Notes under the pieces: generated by a model
What the model was told of the DNA's origin: nothing
Seen by the model: the letters and a program-made list of their open reading frames with translations, nothing else
The model's database searches: none
Shown here: positions 8,249 to 18,923 of the stretch, one piece after another
Layout: every line of letters starts with the position of its first letter
Numbering within the stretch: the first letter of the stretch is position 1
Origin: a virus
Length of the DNA stretch: 64,000 bases
Direction: 5' to 3' (one strand)
IMG/VR virus record: IMGVR_UViG_3300045988_119718
Coordinates: 188,611-252,610 of that record
Position numbers and translations under genes: made by a program

Positions 8249-11200
8249 ATGAAAGGAGGAAATTCTATTTTGGATAAACTACCGAAAGTTAATAACTATA
8301 TGAAAAACTTAGGAAAGTCTATTAAGTATGTAGCTATTAACGAAATACGAGAAACCTTGCCAATAGTATTTGAAACTAAAGAAACTAATGAAGAAGCTAT
8401 TAGTTCAATACGTGCAAGTTTTCGTAATAAAAATAAATTAAAGACTATATCTACTATTGCTAAAGATAGCGAATTCTATAAAACTGGAAATGATATATAT
8501 AAGAACTTAAAGTCTTCTATAAAGACTGGGAATTTTTATTCTCAAAAAAGACAAGATAAAGCTGATAATGAATTTATGAAAAGCTTTATGGGAGAAGATT
8601 TTAACTTTGATGATGATTTCAAAGATGAAGAAGGCTTTGATGAGAGTGAAGATTCATTAAATGAAAATGCTGATAGCTTAAATGAATTAAATAATGATCT
8701 TAATTCTGGATTTGAAGCTAGTGCTACTGCTATATCTAATACTACTATAGAATCTGCTAGATATGTAGGAGAGACAGTAAAAGCTAGTGCTGCTATGGCA
8801 TATGCACAGAATAGTGAACAAACTTTTTTAATGAGAACTGGCTTTAAGAGTTTAGATGATGGATTAAAGAAATTAGTTCATTTTAATTCTGATATTCTTC
8901 AAAAGCATATTCAAAACTCTACTACATTCTTTGATAATACAAGCAAACTTTTAGCTGAGCAAAATGCTATGATGAAAGAAATGCTTGAAATGCAGAGAAA
9001 CGTATATAAAGCTAATCAAGCTAATGAAAATAAAACTGATTTTAATAAATACGCTAATATAGTTTCATCTGGTGGTGTAGTTAATTTATCTGAATACTTT
9101 AAAAATATTAAGTCCAACTTTAGTGAATGGTCAGAACCAATAATGATGATGCTTAACATGATAAAAGCAAATCCATTGGAAATGCTCATTCAAGGTGGAT
9201 TAAGCGTTTTAGGCTCAGATAGTATGAAAAAAGCTGGAGCCGATTTAAATAAAACTTTATCTGGTACATTTGGTAAGTATTTATCATTTTTAGAAAAGCA
9301 AGCTAAAAAGAATGGTGGTATTTGGGATACATTAAATGATATATTTGGTGTAAGAAACAGTAAAAAATTTGATATTGATACAGGCAATTATCAAAAAGGG
9401 CCTATGCAATTTAATGGTATTGCTAATAGGGCTATTACTGAAGTAATTCCTGGGTACTTAGCTAGAATCGAATCTGCATTAACCGGTGGAGAAGAAAGAT
9501 TCTATGATTTTGCTGGTGGTAGATGGACTAATGCCAAAAAGATACGTAATAAATATGATAAAGAAATAAATAATGCTAGAGAAAATGCTGGGTTATCTGA
9601 TTTATTTAGTGAGATAGGTAGTTCTTTAAATAAAATAAATTTTGATAATTATAATGGTACTAAAATAAGCTCTAAAGATAAAGATGAAATATTTAATAAA
9701 ATAATGCAAACCATTGTTGATAATAATGGTGATATGGATGATAAATTCATCGTTAAACGAAAAGGTAAGAATGGTGAAGGTAATATAGATTTTAAAGCTT
9801 TTTATAAAGCTTTTGGGTTTACACCTTCACAACTTACAGAATCCCAAAAGGCTATGATCAATGTAATGGCTACAGCATTAGCTAATACTTCTACATCTAC
9901 TAGAGCTAGTTTAAATAATAGTGTAAGACAAGCTAAAGGTTCTGATTCACGGTTCAAGCAAGAAATAGAAAATGATCCAAATAGTGTATATAGAAATATA
10001 GTTAATGGTCAATTATCTGGTTCTAGATTTGTACAATATGCTGCTGCATTTGGTGAAGGATCTATGGAAGCACCAGATAGATATATTCCTAGTGATAATT
10101 TAATAGAGGCTAATGGTAAAAATAAGAAAAACAAAGGAAGAAAATCTAATGATATTTCTAATACTTCTATAGTTGCTAGAAAGAATAAACCAGTAGATTA
10201 TGCTAAACAAGTATTTTATAAAATAAGTACTGTAGATGAATTTATAGAACTGCATCCTTCTAATGCTGAACCTATCATACGAGCAATGATTGGTTACTTC
10301 AATGGGTTAAAGTCTATAGAAGAACTGAATGAAAAAGATGAACCTATCGCTAATTTTATTTCTATGGCTAGAACATTAGACTCTTATGATTATCGATCTG
10401 ATTGTAAACAGTATGCTGATTTTATTGATCTAAAAAAAGGAAGAGGAAAATTTTCTATTAAAGAAAGTCAATATAATGAATTACCTTTAGTATGTAAAAA
10501 CTTCTATACGTTTATTATGAGCTTAGTATCTAAAGAAACTATTAGTACTTCTGAAGGATTGGCTAAGAGTGTTGATGATGCTCATAATACTAAACAAGAA
10601 TATAGCTACGATAAATATAAAGGTAATGGATTATTTGATAAATTAGATAAAGCTAAAGGTATAGATAAACTCGGTGTATTAATGAGCTATAGTAAGAAAT
10701 TAACTAGTATGCCATTTGATATACTTGGTAGTGTAATAGCTAAAACCGATAAAATTATCTATGATATGTTTTTTGGTAATGAGCAAATGACTGATAAAAA
10801 TACTGGTAAAAAAATTACTGGATTCTTTCAGTTAATGACTTCTAAAATTGGTGATACTGTAGAAAACTTATATAATGATATTAAAAAACGTATTTGGGGT
10901 AAAGAGCAGTGGAATACCTATAAAAATACTGTTTATGGTGCTTTTTCATCTATGGTAAATTATGGTAAGAGTTTTTTCGATGATGATGAAGAAGAAAATA
11001 CTAATACTGAAGAAGCAAAAACCGATGAAAATGCAGAGACTGCTGCTGAAACATCTAAAAATAAAGTTAATAAGAATAATAGAAAAAACTCTAGAAGAGC
11101 TGCAAGACGAAGAAGAAAGCGTAGAAATCGTAGGAGAGTAAGAGGTGCGGCATTTGGTTTAGGAATGGTTCCTGAAACTGATATCTATACTCTTCATAAG

Positions 11201-14200
11201 GGTGAAGCAGTAATTCCAGCATATATGAATCCATCCTATACTGGAACTGATATAGACCCAAATAAACACGCTAAAGATGAAGCGGCTGTAGCTAAGGAAT
11301 ATGGTTTAAATGTAAAAGGTTATGCTAAAGGTACTGTAGACGACGAATCTAAAAGAGAGAAAAAAGATAAAGAGTCTATGTTTAAAGTACTAAAGGAAAA
11401 ATATCCAGCAGCTTTAGGTGAAAGTACTGTAGGTGGTATATTAGGTACTATTATAGCAGGCCCATTTGGTTTAATAGGTGGTGCTACATTAGGTGCTGCT
11501 AACTATATTCTTAAGAATTCTACTACTGCTAATAAATTCTTATTTGGTGATACTGATAAAAAAAGCTTATTAACTAGAACTAAATCTGGTTTAAGAAAAA
11601 TATTACCTAAGAGTATAACTAACTTTTTTGATGAACAGACTAAAAAAGTTAAAGATATTGGTAAGTTTACTATTGCTGGTGGTTTAGGTGGCGTAGTATT
11701 AGGAGCTGTAGGCGGTCCAGTTGGTTTAATGGGCGGCTTAATGTTAGGTGCTACTACTGGGTTGCTTAAAAATTATGAAGGTGCTCAAAACTTAATGTTT
11801 GGCAACCACAATGTAAAAGGTAATATAGATAAAATATTAGATAAGAAGTATCTTAAATCTATAGGATTAGGGGCATTAGCTGGTGGCGTATTAGGTGGCC
11901 CGTTAGGGATGCTTGGCGGTGCTATGCTTGGTGTAGCTGGTAAATACGCTTCTGATTCTGAAAAGTTTAAAGACTTTTTGTTTGGTAAGAGAAATAAAAA
12001 AGGTAAAAGAAATTATAAAAATGGTTTCTTAGGTAAGATTGGTGAAAAGATATTAGCTCCATTAGGCACATTAAAAGATGATATTGTTAAATATATGGAT
12101 AAGAATGTATTCCAGCCAATTAGTAGAGCTTTAACACCTTTAACCAGAATTACTCAGTTAGGTATGAGAAAGTTATTTAGAGGTCTTCAAAAAGGGTTCG
12201 ATGCCATTACAAATCCTTCTTTAAAAATGAGATGGTATGCTAATCTTCCTACTTTAATGAAAGGACCAGCTGGTAGATATATAGGTCATGGCTTAGCTGG
12301 TGCAGCAGGTGGGTTTATGTATGGTGGTCCATTAGGTGCATTGATTGGCGGTGTACTAGGCGGAGCATCTGCATTTAAAGTTAAAGATAAGACTATAGCA
12401 AGTTGGTTAGGAAAAGGCATAGCTACTATTGGTACTGTACCTGGTAAAGCTTTAGATTTCGTTACTAGAAAACTTGATAAGAAATTAATAGCTAAAGGTA
12501 ATATGGATTCTATTTCTATGAGTGCTAAAGACAGAGTAGACTTCATGGAAAAACATGGGTATGCATATGCTAAAGAAGAGTATAAGCAGAACGATATAAC
12601 TTTAAGAGATTCATCTGCAAGTCAGTTACAAGCTATGAAAAGTACTATTGAGATAATTAAAGAGAACAAAAAGAAGTCTAATTATGATAGAGGTAAAATA
12701 GAAAAAGAAATTAAGAATGTAGTTAAATCCATTCCTAACTTGGATTTATCTGGAATGCAGAAAATCTTAAAGATTATCAGAAATGCTATTAAGAGTAAAG
12801 ATGAAAGATCTGTGCCAGAAGCTATTGATAAAATATCTAACTATCTACGCTTAAGAGGCTTAAGTGACGATCAAATAGAAAGTTATATTAGACCTTTAAG
12901 AATAGGTATGTCTGGGTTATCCGCTAATAAAGCAGTTAAGAATGCCATGGAACAGGATACTGCTAATAGAAGTGAATATCTTAAAAAGAATTTCAATTTT
13001 AACGTAGTAGATGGTGATATAGATAAAGCTCTTGAGCAAGTTGATAGTGAATTACAGAGTAGAAAGAGTAAAGGTGAAACAGTAGAAAAAGAATCACTTG
13101 ATAAAGGCGATGCTGCTATTGTAGAATCCACTAATAAAGTCAATGATTCGATAAGATTAAGTAATATATATTTATCTGCTATTACTGATTATTTAAAATA
13201 CGGTAAAGTATCAGATGAAACAGAAAGAAAACTTAAAAAGTTTACTGCTATGGATGGCGGTAATATAGTAGCTAAAACTGATAGTAAAGACAGCATGGAA
13301 GACTCAACTTATCAATTCTCTCAGAGAACTGGTACTATGGTTAAGATGGCTAAGACTTCTGATGGTGGATATAAACCTGATACAACTGATAAAGATACTA
13401 AAGAAGCTATTGAAAAAGCAGATGCAGAACGCGATGCTATAATGTCTTTAGGTCAGTACGCTAAATCAAAACTTAAAAGTATTAAAAAGTCATTAAAGAA
13501 TCGAGCCTCTAAATTTAAAAACTCAGCAATATTTGGTGGATTTAAAGACATATTTAAAAGTATATTTGGAACACCTTTAGGCATAGTAGGAGATATACTT
13601 GGTATGATTCCAGGTGCTAATCTTCTTAAAGGCAAATTAGCAAGATTTGCTGGTAATAAATTAGGTGGTTGGGCTGATAAATTAGCTAATAAAGCTCAAA
13701 ACTTAAAAGGTACTGGTAAATTCTTAGGTAAAGTAGGCGGAAAGCTTTTAGGTGTTGGTTCATTCTTACTTAAGAATGTGGCTGATGCTGCTAGTGCTGC
13801 TGCTGATGCAGAAGAATCTACTCCTGAATTTGAAACTGAATTAGAAGCATTTAATTATATGGCTAGAAAGATTTCTGGTGTTGAAGCTGCTGTAGTAGCT
13901 ATAGATCAGTTTACAAACAACCAGATGCCTAATGCTTTAAAAGCTCCTGGTAGTATACATACTACAATAGATCCTAAAACTGGTAAACCTGTTAATGCTA
14001 AAACTGGAAAAGGCTTCCTTGGTGGATGGTTATCTTCAGCATGGACTGGTGTTACTGGAGTTGCATCCTCAGTATGGAATGGCGTAAAAGCAGTTAGTTC
14101 TAAAGCTATGTCTGCTGTTGGCTCAGTAATAGGCTGGGTACAAAATGGGTTAAAGAAAGTATTCAATTTTGCAGCTAAATTCTTACCATCTAATATTGGT

Positions 14201-16552
14201 AATAAAATATCTTCATTTGGTTCTGCAATATTAAAGAAAGTATCTAATCCTAAAGTAGCAGTTAAAGTAGCTGAAAAAGCTTCTAGTAAAGGTATACAAT
14301 TAGGATTAGGGCCTATAGGTTGGGCTTTCTTAGCAGGTAGTATTGCAGTTAGCTTCTATCAAGGATATAATAATGCTGAAACCATTTGGAAGGGTGGATC
14401 TGCTAATACCTCTTCTGATGAAGATTTATCAATGGGTGATAAAGCAATATGCGGTGTTTGCTCAGTCGTAGCTAATGAATTACTTATGGGAATAATGACC
14501 CCATCTGAAGTACTTGGTATTGCTAAATCTATATTTGGTAAGATAAAAGGTGTTACTGATACTATTAAAGAAAAAGCATCTAGTATTATGAGTACTATTT
14601 CAGGATATAAAGATAAACTTCTTAATACCGGTAAAGAAATGTGGGATAAAGTTAAGACATCATTCGGTAATGTTTGGGATGGTATTAAGAATACAGTAGG
14701 AAATGCTATTCAAACTATTAAAGATACATTTGAAAAGTTTAAAAAAATTGGATATGATACATTAGTAGAAATTCTTAAATCTCCTATTGATTGGATAAAG
14801 AAGAAAGCTAGTTCTTTATTTGGCTTTGGTGGAGATGATAAGAAAACATCAACTCCTGCTACTAATAAAACATATACTTCTCCTAAACCAACAGCAGCTG
14901 CAATTCCAGCTGATACTAGTAAAGTTGATCCTAATGTAGACCCAGATAACGGTATAGGTACAGGTGAAAATGGAACCAATACGACAAAGACTTGGAGAGA
15001 AAAGTATGACGGTATTTATGTAAGAGGTAAGAAAGTTGCTACAGGTGGGCCATTGTCTGGTAATAGCTTACTTAGATATAGATTAGCTAGTATCGGCGGT
15101 GGAGATATGACACCAGCTGCAATCTGGGATATTCTTACTACCAAATATCATTATTCTAACCAAGCTGCCGCTGCAATTATGGGTAGTATGCAACAGGAAT
15201 CTTCATTTGATCCTAATGCTAGTCAGAACGGTGGTGGCATTGAAGCTTCTATTGCACAGGGTGAAGGTACAAACGGATTTGGTCTTTGCCAGTGGACTGG
15301 TTCTAGAACACAAGCATTAGTAAACTTCTGTAGTTCTAATAATCTTGATCCTACTACTGCTGAAGGACAGATTGCTTTCATGAACTATGAAATGGGACAA
15401 AGAGGTTCTAACGCTGCATTCAATAGTGCTGGTTCAGTAGATGATGCACTTAAAGTAATGCAACAATATGAGGGATATGGCGAAGTAGGTAATAGAGACA
15501 ATTATGCTAGACAAATATTCCAGAACCAAGGTAGAGGTATAACTACTTCTGGTTCAGCTAGTGGAGGCTCTGGTAGTAAATCTTCTGGAGATAATTCTAT
15601 ATTTGGTAGAATTGATAAATTATTTGATAAAGCATTTGCTCCATTTACATCTATTTTTGGTAATATATTCGGTGGCTCTTCGGATAGTAATAGTAACTCT
15701 AGTGGTAGTGGTGGAGCAGGTAGTGCTGCGACAGATATGTCTGGAACTATAGACTCTGGTTCTACTGCTGATAAGTTGCTTGCTAATCTTAAGTCTGAAG
15801 CTGGGGGAGACGCAGTAGTAAGTGCTCCATATGGTGAAGCAAATCACCAGGGTCATACTCATGGTGGTATTGATATAGCTGCACCAGAAGGAACCCCTAT
15901 TAAATCTCCAATAGCTGGTACTGTAATAGATAATCGCTATGGTGGTGGATATGGTAACTATGTTCAAATTAAAGATAAGAACAACATGGATCACTTATTC
16001 CCACATATGGTATCTCCATCTCCGTTAAAAGAAGGTACAGAAGTATCAGTTGGCGATACTGTAGGGTATATTGGTTCTACTGGTAATTCAACTGGTCCTC
16101 ATGTCCATTATGAAATAGATGATGATGCTGTAAATAGAGGTGCTGAAACTTCTAAACCACATATAAATCCTGGTAAATATATGGGTGGTCCATTATCTGG
16201 TGATAGTACACTTAAGTTTAGAAAGAAAGTTAATGATCTTGCTAATGCTGGTAATAGAGCTGCTATCAAAGCACTTAAGAAAGGATACGGCACTGATAAT
16301 GTCGGTGTTGGAGGCCCATTACCTGGAGATAACTTAGTTAATAACAATATAGCAGTTAAAGACTACTCAGATCAGTTAAATCAAATTATTTCATTACTCA
16401 GTATAATTGCAGGTGCGGTACAATCTCAAGCTTCTACCCCAGTTGCAGCAGCTAATGTACCAACTAACATGAGTGATACTATGAGTACTACAACTCCTAA
16501 TACTTCATTATTAAATATAGTAAAGAGTATGATGAATATTGCATCTCATTAA
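8249..16552 (+). CDS. Giant (2767 aa) tape-measure-like virion protein. It has an N-terminal alpha-helical region, an Arg-rich tract (RRAARRRRKRRNRRRVRG), repeated glycine-zipper hydrophobic segments, a C-terminal lytic-transglycosylase-like domain and an M23 peptidase domain.
   Basis: M23 motifs HTHGGIDIAAPEGTPI ... GYGNYVQI ... GSTGNSTGPHVHYEI. Transglycosylase-like segment MQQESSFDP ... GLCQWTGSR. Segments GGLGGVVLGAVGGPVGLMGGLMLGA are typical of tape-measure proteins. The start could alternatively be TTG 8270, which has the SD AAAGGAGGA just upstream. Confidence 0.6.
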   Translation: MKGGNSILDKLPKVNNYMKNLGKSIKYVAINEIRETLPIVFETKETNEEAISSIRASFRNKNKLKTISTIAKDSEFYKTGNDIYKNLKSSIKTGNFYSQKRQDKADNEFMKSFMGEDFNFDDDFKDEEGFDESEDSLNENADSLNELNNDLNSGFEASATAISNTTIESARYVGETVKASAAMAYAQNSEQTFLMRTGFKSLDDGLKKLVHFNSDILQKHIQNSTTFFDNTSKLLAEQNAMMKEMLEMQRNVYKANQANENKTDFNKYANIVSSGGVVNLSEYFKNIKSNFSEWSEPIMMMLNMIKANPLEMLIQGGLSVLGSDSMKKAGADLNKTLSGTFGKYLSFLEKQAKKNGGIWDTLNDIFGVRNSKKFDIDTGNYQKGPMQFNGIANRAITEVIPGYLARIESALTGGEERFYDFAGGRWTNAKKIRNKYDKEINNARENAGLSDLFSEIGSSLNKINFDNYNGTKISSKDKDEIFNKIMQTIVDNNGDMDDKFIVKRKGKNGEGNIDFKAFYKAFGFTPSQLTESQKAMINVMATALANTSTSTRASLNNSVRQAKGSDSRFKQEIENDPNSVYRNIVNGQLSGSRFVQYAAAFGEGSMEAPDRYIPSDNLIEANGKNKKNKGRKSNDISNTSIVARKNKPVDYAKQVFYKISTVDEFIELHPSNAEPIIRAMIGYFNGLKSIEELNEKDEPIANFISMARTLDSYDYRSDCKQYADFIDLKKGRGKFSIKESQYNELPLVCKNFYTFIMSLVSKETISTSEGLAKSVDDAHNTKQEYSYDKYKGNGLFDKLDKAKGIDKLGVLMSYSKKLTSMPFDILGSVIAKTDKIIYDMFFGNEQMTDKNTGKKITGFFQLMTSKIGDTVENLYNDIKKRIWGKEQWNTYKNTVYGAFSSMVNYGKSFFDDDEEENTNTEEAKTDENAETAAETSKNKVNKNNRKNSRRAARRRRKRRNRRRVRGAAFGLGMVPETDIYTLHKGEAVIPAYMNPSYTGTDIDPNKHAKDEAAVAKEYGLNVKGYAKGTVDDESKREKKDKESMFKVLKEKYPAALGESTVGGILGTIIAGPFGLIGGATLGAANYILKNSTTANKFLFGDTDKKSLLTRTKSGLRKILPKSITNFFDEQTKKVKDIGKFTIAGGLGGVVLGAVGGPVGLMGGLMLGATTGLLKNYEGAQNLMFGNHNVKGNIDKILDKKYLKSIGLGALAGGVLGGPLGMLGGAMLGVAGKYASDSEKFKDFLFGKRNKKGKRNYKNGFLGKIGEKILAPLGTLKDDIVKYMDKNVFQPISRALTPLTRITQLGMRKLFRGLQKGFDAITNPSLKMRWYANLPTLMKGPAGRYIGHGLAGAAGGFMYGGPLGALIGGVLGGASAFKVKDKTIASWLGKGIATIGTVPGKALDFVTRKLDKKLIAKGNMDSISMSAKDRVDFMEKHGYAYAKEEYKQNDITLRDSSASQLQAMKSTIEIIKENKKKSNYDRGKIEKEIKNVVKSIPNLDLSGMQKILKIIRNAIKSKDERSVPEAIDKISNYLRLRGLSDDQIESYIRPLRIGMSGLSANKAVKNAMEQDTANRSEYLKKNFNFNVVDGDIDKALEQVDSELQSRKSKGETVEKESLDKGDAAIVESTNKVNDSIRLSNIYLSAITDYLKYGKVSDETERKLKKFTAMDGGNIVAKTDSKDSMEDSTYQFSQRTGTMVKMAKTSDGGYKPDTTDKDTKEAIEKADAERDAIMSLGQYAKSKLKSIKKSLKNRASKFKNSAIFGGFKDIFKSIFGTPLGIVGDILGMIPGANLLKGKLARFAGNKLGGWADKLANKAQNLKGTGKFLGKVGGKLLGVGSFLLKNVADAASAAADAEESTPEFETELEAFNYMARKISGVEAAVVAIDQFTNNQMPNALKAPGSIHTTIDPKTGKPVNAKTGKGFLGGWLSSAWTGVTGVASSVWNGVKAVSSKAMSAVGSVIGWVQNGLKKVFNFAAKFLPSNIGNKISSFGSAILKKVSNPKVAVKVAEKASSKGIQLGLGPIGWAFLAGSIAVSFYQGYNNAETIWKGGSANTSSDEDLSMGDKAICGVCSVVANELLMGIMTPSEVLGIAKSIFGKIKGVTDTIKEKASSIMSTISGYKDKLLNTGKEMWDKVKTSFGNVWDGIKNTVGNAIQTIKDTFEKFKKIGYDTLVEILKSPIDWIKKKASSLFGFGGDDKKTSTPATNKTYTSPKPTAAAIPADTSKVDPNVDPDNGIGTGENGTNTTKTWREKYDGIYVRGKKVATGGPLSGNSLLRYRLASIGGGDMTPAAIWDILTTKYHYSNQAAAAIMGSMQQESSFDPNASQNGGGIEASIAQGEGTNGFGLCQWTGSRTQALVNFCSSNNLDPTTAEGQIAFMNYEMGQRGSNAAFNSAGSVDDALKVMQQYEGYGEVGNRDNYARQIFQNQGRGITTSGSASGGSGSKSSGDNSIFGRIDKLFDKAFAPFTSIFGNIFGGSSDSNSNSSGSGGAGSAATDMSGTIDSGSTADKLLANLKSEAGGDAVVSAPYGEANHQGHTHGGIDIAAPEGTPIKSPIAGTVIDNRYGGGYGNYVQIKDKNNMDHLFPHMVSPSPLKEGTEVSVGDTVGYIGSTGNSTGPHVHYEIDDDAVNRGAETSKPHINPGKYMGGPLSGDSTLKFRKKVNDLANAGNRAAIKALKKGYGTDNVGVGGPLPGDNLVNNNIAVKDYSDQLNQIISLLSIIAGAVQSQASTPVAAANVPTNMSDTMSTTTPNTSLLNIVKSMMNIASH

Positions 16553-16567
16553 AGTATAAAATGTTTG

Positions 16568-16592
16568 AGAAGCTCTATTTTAGAGCTTCTCA
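16568..16592 (+). terminator. Hairpin GAGAAGCTCTATTTTAGAGCTTCTC after the giant gene.
   Basis: 10-bp stem followed by an A/T-rich tract. Confidence 0.4.
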
Positions 16593-16633
16593 ACATATAT
16601 TTAAAATTTTAAACTATAAAGAAAGGAGTTATT

Positions 16634-18817
16634 ATGGATTTTATTTTAACTAAAAACGCCAAAGTATATACTGATTGCTCATTTGATTCTAAAGTAATTG
16701 ATGAGATAAAACAGAATACTACTTTACATAAATTATATTCAAATGGACCGTGGTTAAGAATAAAATATAATGATACTTTAGTATGGCTGTATCCATTTGA
16801 TAAAAATAAATTAATAATAAATCCTATTAATGTAGAAATAAATAAAGATAATGATTTAAAGATAGGAACTGTAGTATATATAAAGCCTAATCAAAATGAA
16901 AATAAATATTTGACTAAAGATAATAAGCTTATAGAAGTAATTGCAGAACGAGATAGAAGAAAGTTTTTTGTAATAGATAGTGTAAAAACAATAGATGGGT
17001 ATTACAAAGTTAAAGCTGAAGATAATACATATTTCTTTGTAGATGAATCAGATATTGATGATTCAATAGAAGATGATACGTCAAATATGATATCCACTTA
17101 TTTTTTAGGGTTTTTTGAAGATGATGATAAGAAAGATAAGGAAAATGAAGAAGACCCTAATAAAAAATCCCCATACGCAATAGAAGAAGTAACTGGGTTT
17201 GGTGAATATAATACAGTATTAAAAGATGCTTATAATCAACGGGTTAATACTAAATACAAAAATGCTGTGGATTTAGCTAAAGTTAATCTAACTAATCTTA
17301 GAACTGTATTTGGTATGCCATATCAATATATGCCTAATGCAGATTTACGAATGGATCCTGATGGTAGTACTTCTCCTAAATTAAAAACTTCAGAACTACA
17401 AGCTATAGGTATGAAGTATAGAGAAAAAATATTATCAAGAATGCCTTTATTAGTAATGATGCCTGGTATAGTAAACTTTATGCCTAACTATGGTTATCAA
17501 GCTAAAGAAAAAGCTATTCAAAATTTGATGTCTAATAGTGAAGATAGCTATGTAAATAATAAAGCTTTTGATTTTCTTGTAAATAAGCAAGCTAAATCCC
17601 GTAGCAGTTATTATACATTCTATCCAGCATGGACTGAATATTTTAACTATGTAAATAAAATGTGTGCAGCTGCTGCTGTATTTATGGGTGTAGCCGATGT
17701 AAGGTTTCCATATGCTGATGGTAGTAAATCTGATACTTTAGGAAGTTATAGATGGCAGGATGCTTTACCGTCTTCACTTAATTCCACTTTTTATAAAGGG
17801 TCTTGTGCATTCTATGTAAATTCTGAAACACAAATATCTGAAACATACAGTAACTCTACTACACAATCACAATTAGCAAGTAAAGTAAACTCTTATTCAG
17901 AAAAAGCTAGAGAATTAACTTTCTTATCTGGAGGTGTTTCAGATGCTGCTTCCGCATTAGGTAATATTGCATCAAGTGCAGCAACGATGTTTAGTGGAGT
18001 TACTGCTAAAGCAGAACAGATTGCGAGCCGTATAGCTGTAGGTGAATATGCATCTAAATTTAGATCTCAAGGTGTAATACAAGCTATAATGGGTGGTATA
18101 GGTAATTCAGTTACTGGTGCTAAAATGCAATTCCCTGAATTATGGCAAGACTCTACTTTTTCTAGAGACTATAGTGCTACCATAAAATTAGATTCCCCCG
18201 ATAATGATCCATTATCGGTATTCTTAAATATAATTGTCCCGTTAATTCATCTTACGGCATTTGCTGCCCCTAGATCTACTGGTTTGACTACATATGCTTC
18301 ACCATTCTTAGTGAGAGCATATTATCAAGGATTTTTTAATGTAAATATGGGTATTATATCTAGTATGGAAATTTCTAAGGGTGCTGAAGGTGCATGGACG
18401 TATAATAATATTCCTACTGTAGTTGAAGTAAGGTTAAGTATACATGATTTATTTGCTACTCAAACTATAACAATAGATGCAAATAATAATAGTAATCTTC
18501 TTGATAGTTTAACTAATCTTGATATGCTTACAAATCAACCATTAATGGAATACTTAGCTAACTTATGCGGTGTAAACTATAATGAACCTGAATGGAACAG
18601 ATTAATAGATTTAGCTATTACATTAGAAAAGAGAAAACCAATAGATTTCTTAAATAGAATTGAAGATTCTATTATTCAAGGATGGAATAATAGCGTTAAT
18701 AATATTTATAATAATGCTATCAATAGTACTAAATTTGGTATGGTATCTTTAATGGGTAACTATTTGGCGGATAAAGCAGCTAATAAAATTAAAAATGCTA
18801 TAACTGGTAGTCAGTAA
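16634..18817 (+). CDS. Hypothetical (probably virion) protein, 727 aa.
   Basis: ORF with SD AAAGGAG. Its position follows the tape-measure-like gene. Confidence 0.65.
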   Translation: MDFILTKNAKVYTDCSFDSKVIDEIKQNTTLHKLYSNGPWLRIKYNDTLVWLYPFDKNKLIINPINVEINKDNDLKIGTVVYIKPNQNENKYLTKDNKLIEVIAERDRRKFFVIDSVKTIDGYYKVKAEDNTYFFVDESDIDDSIEDDTSNMISTYFLGFFEDDDKKDKENEEDPNKKSPYAIEEVTGFGEYNTVLKDAYNQRVNTKYKNAVDLAKVNLTNLRTVFGMPYQYMPNADLRMDPDGSTSPKLKTSELQAIGMKYREKILSRMPLLVMMPGIVNFMPNYGYQAKEKAIQNLMSNSEDSYVNNKAFDFLVNKQAKSRSSYYTFYPAWTEYFNYVNKMCAAAAVFMGVADVRFPYADGSKSDTLGSYRWQDALPSSLNSTFYKGSCAFYVNSETQISETYSNSTTQSQLASKVNSYSEKARELTFLSGGVSDAASALGNIASSAATMFSGVTAKAEQIASRIAVGEYASKFRSQGVIQAIMGGIGNSVTGAKMQFPELWQDSTFSRDYSATIKLDSPDNDPLSVFLNIIVPLIHLTAFAAPRSTGLTTYASPFLVRAYYQGFFNVNMGIISSMEISKGAEGAWTYNNIPTVVEVRLSIHDLFATQTITIDANNNSNLLDSLTNLDMLTNQPLMEYLANLCGVNYNEPEWNRLIDLAITLEKRKPIDFLNRIEDSIIQGWNNSVNNIYNNAINSTKFGMVSLMGNYLADKAANKIKNAITGSQ

Positions 18818-18871
18818 ATAAATCCATTATTATATTTGAATATACATTTTAATAATAAATAGAATATATTC

Positions 18872-18899
18872 ATCAGAAGGGAATATATTCCCTTCTGAT
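18872..18899 (+). terminator. Rho-independent terminator ATCAGAAGGGAATATATTCCCTTCTGAT followed by TTTTAATT.
   Basis: Perfect 11-bp stem followed by a T-run. Confidence 0.55.
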
Positions 18900-18923
18900 T
18901 TTAATTAAGGATAAATTATAAAC

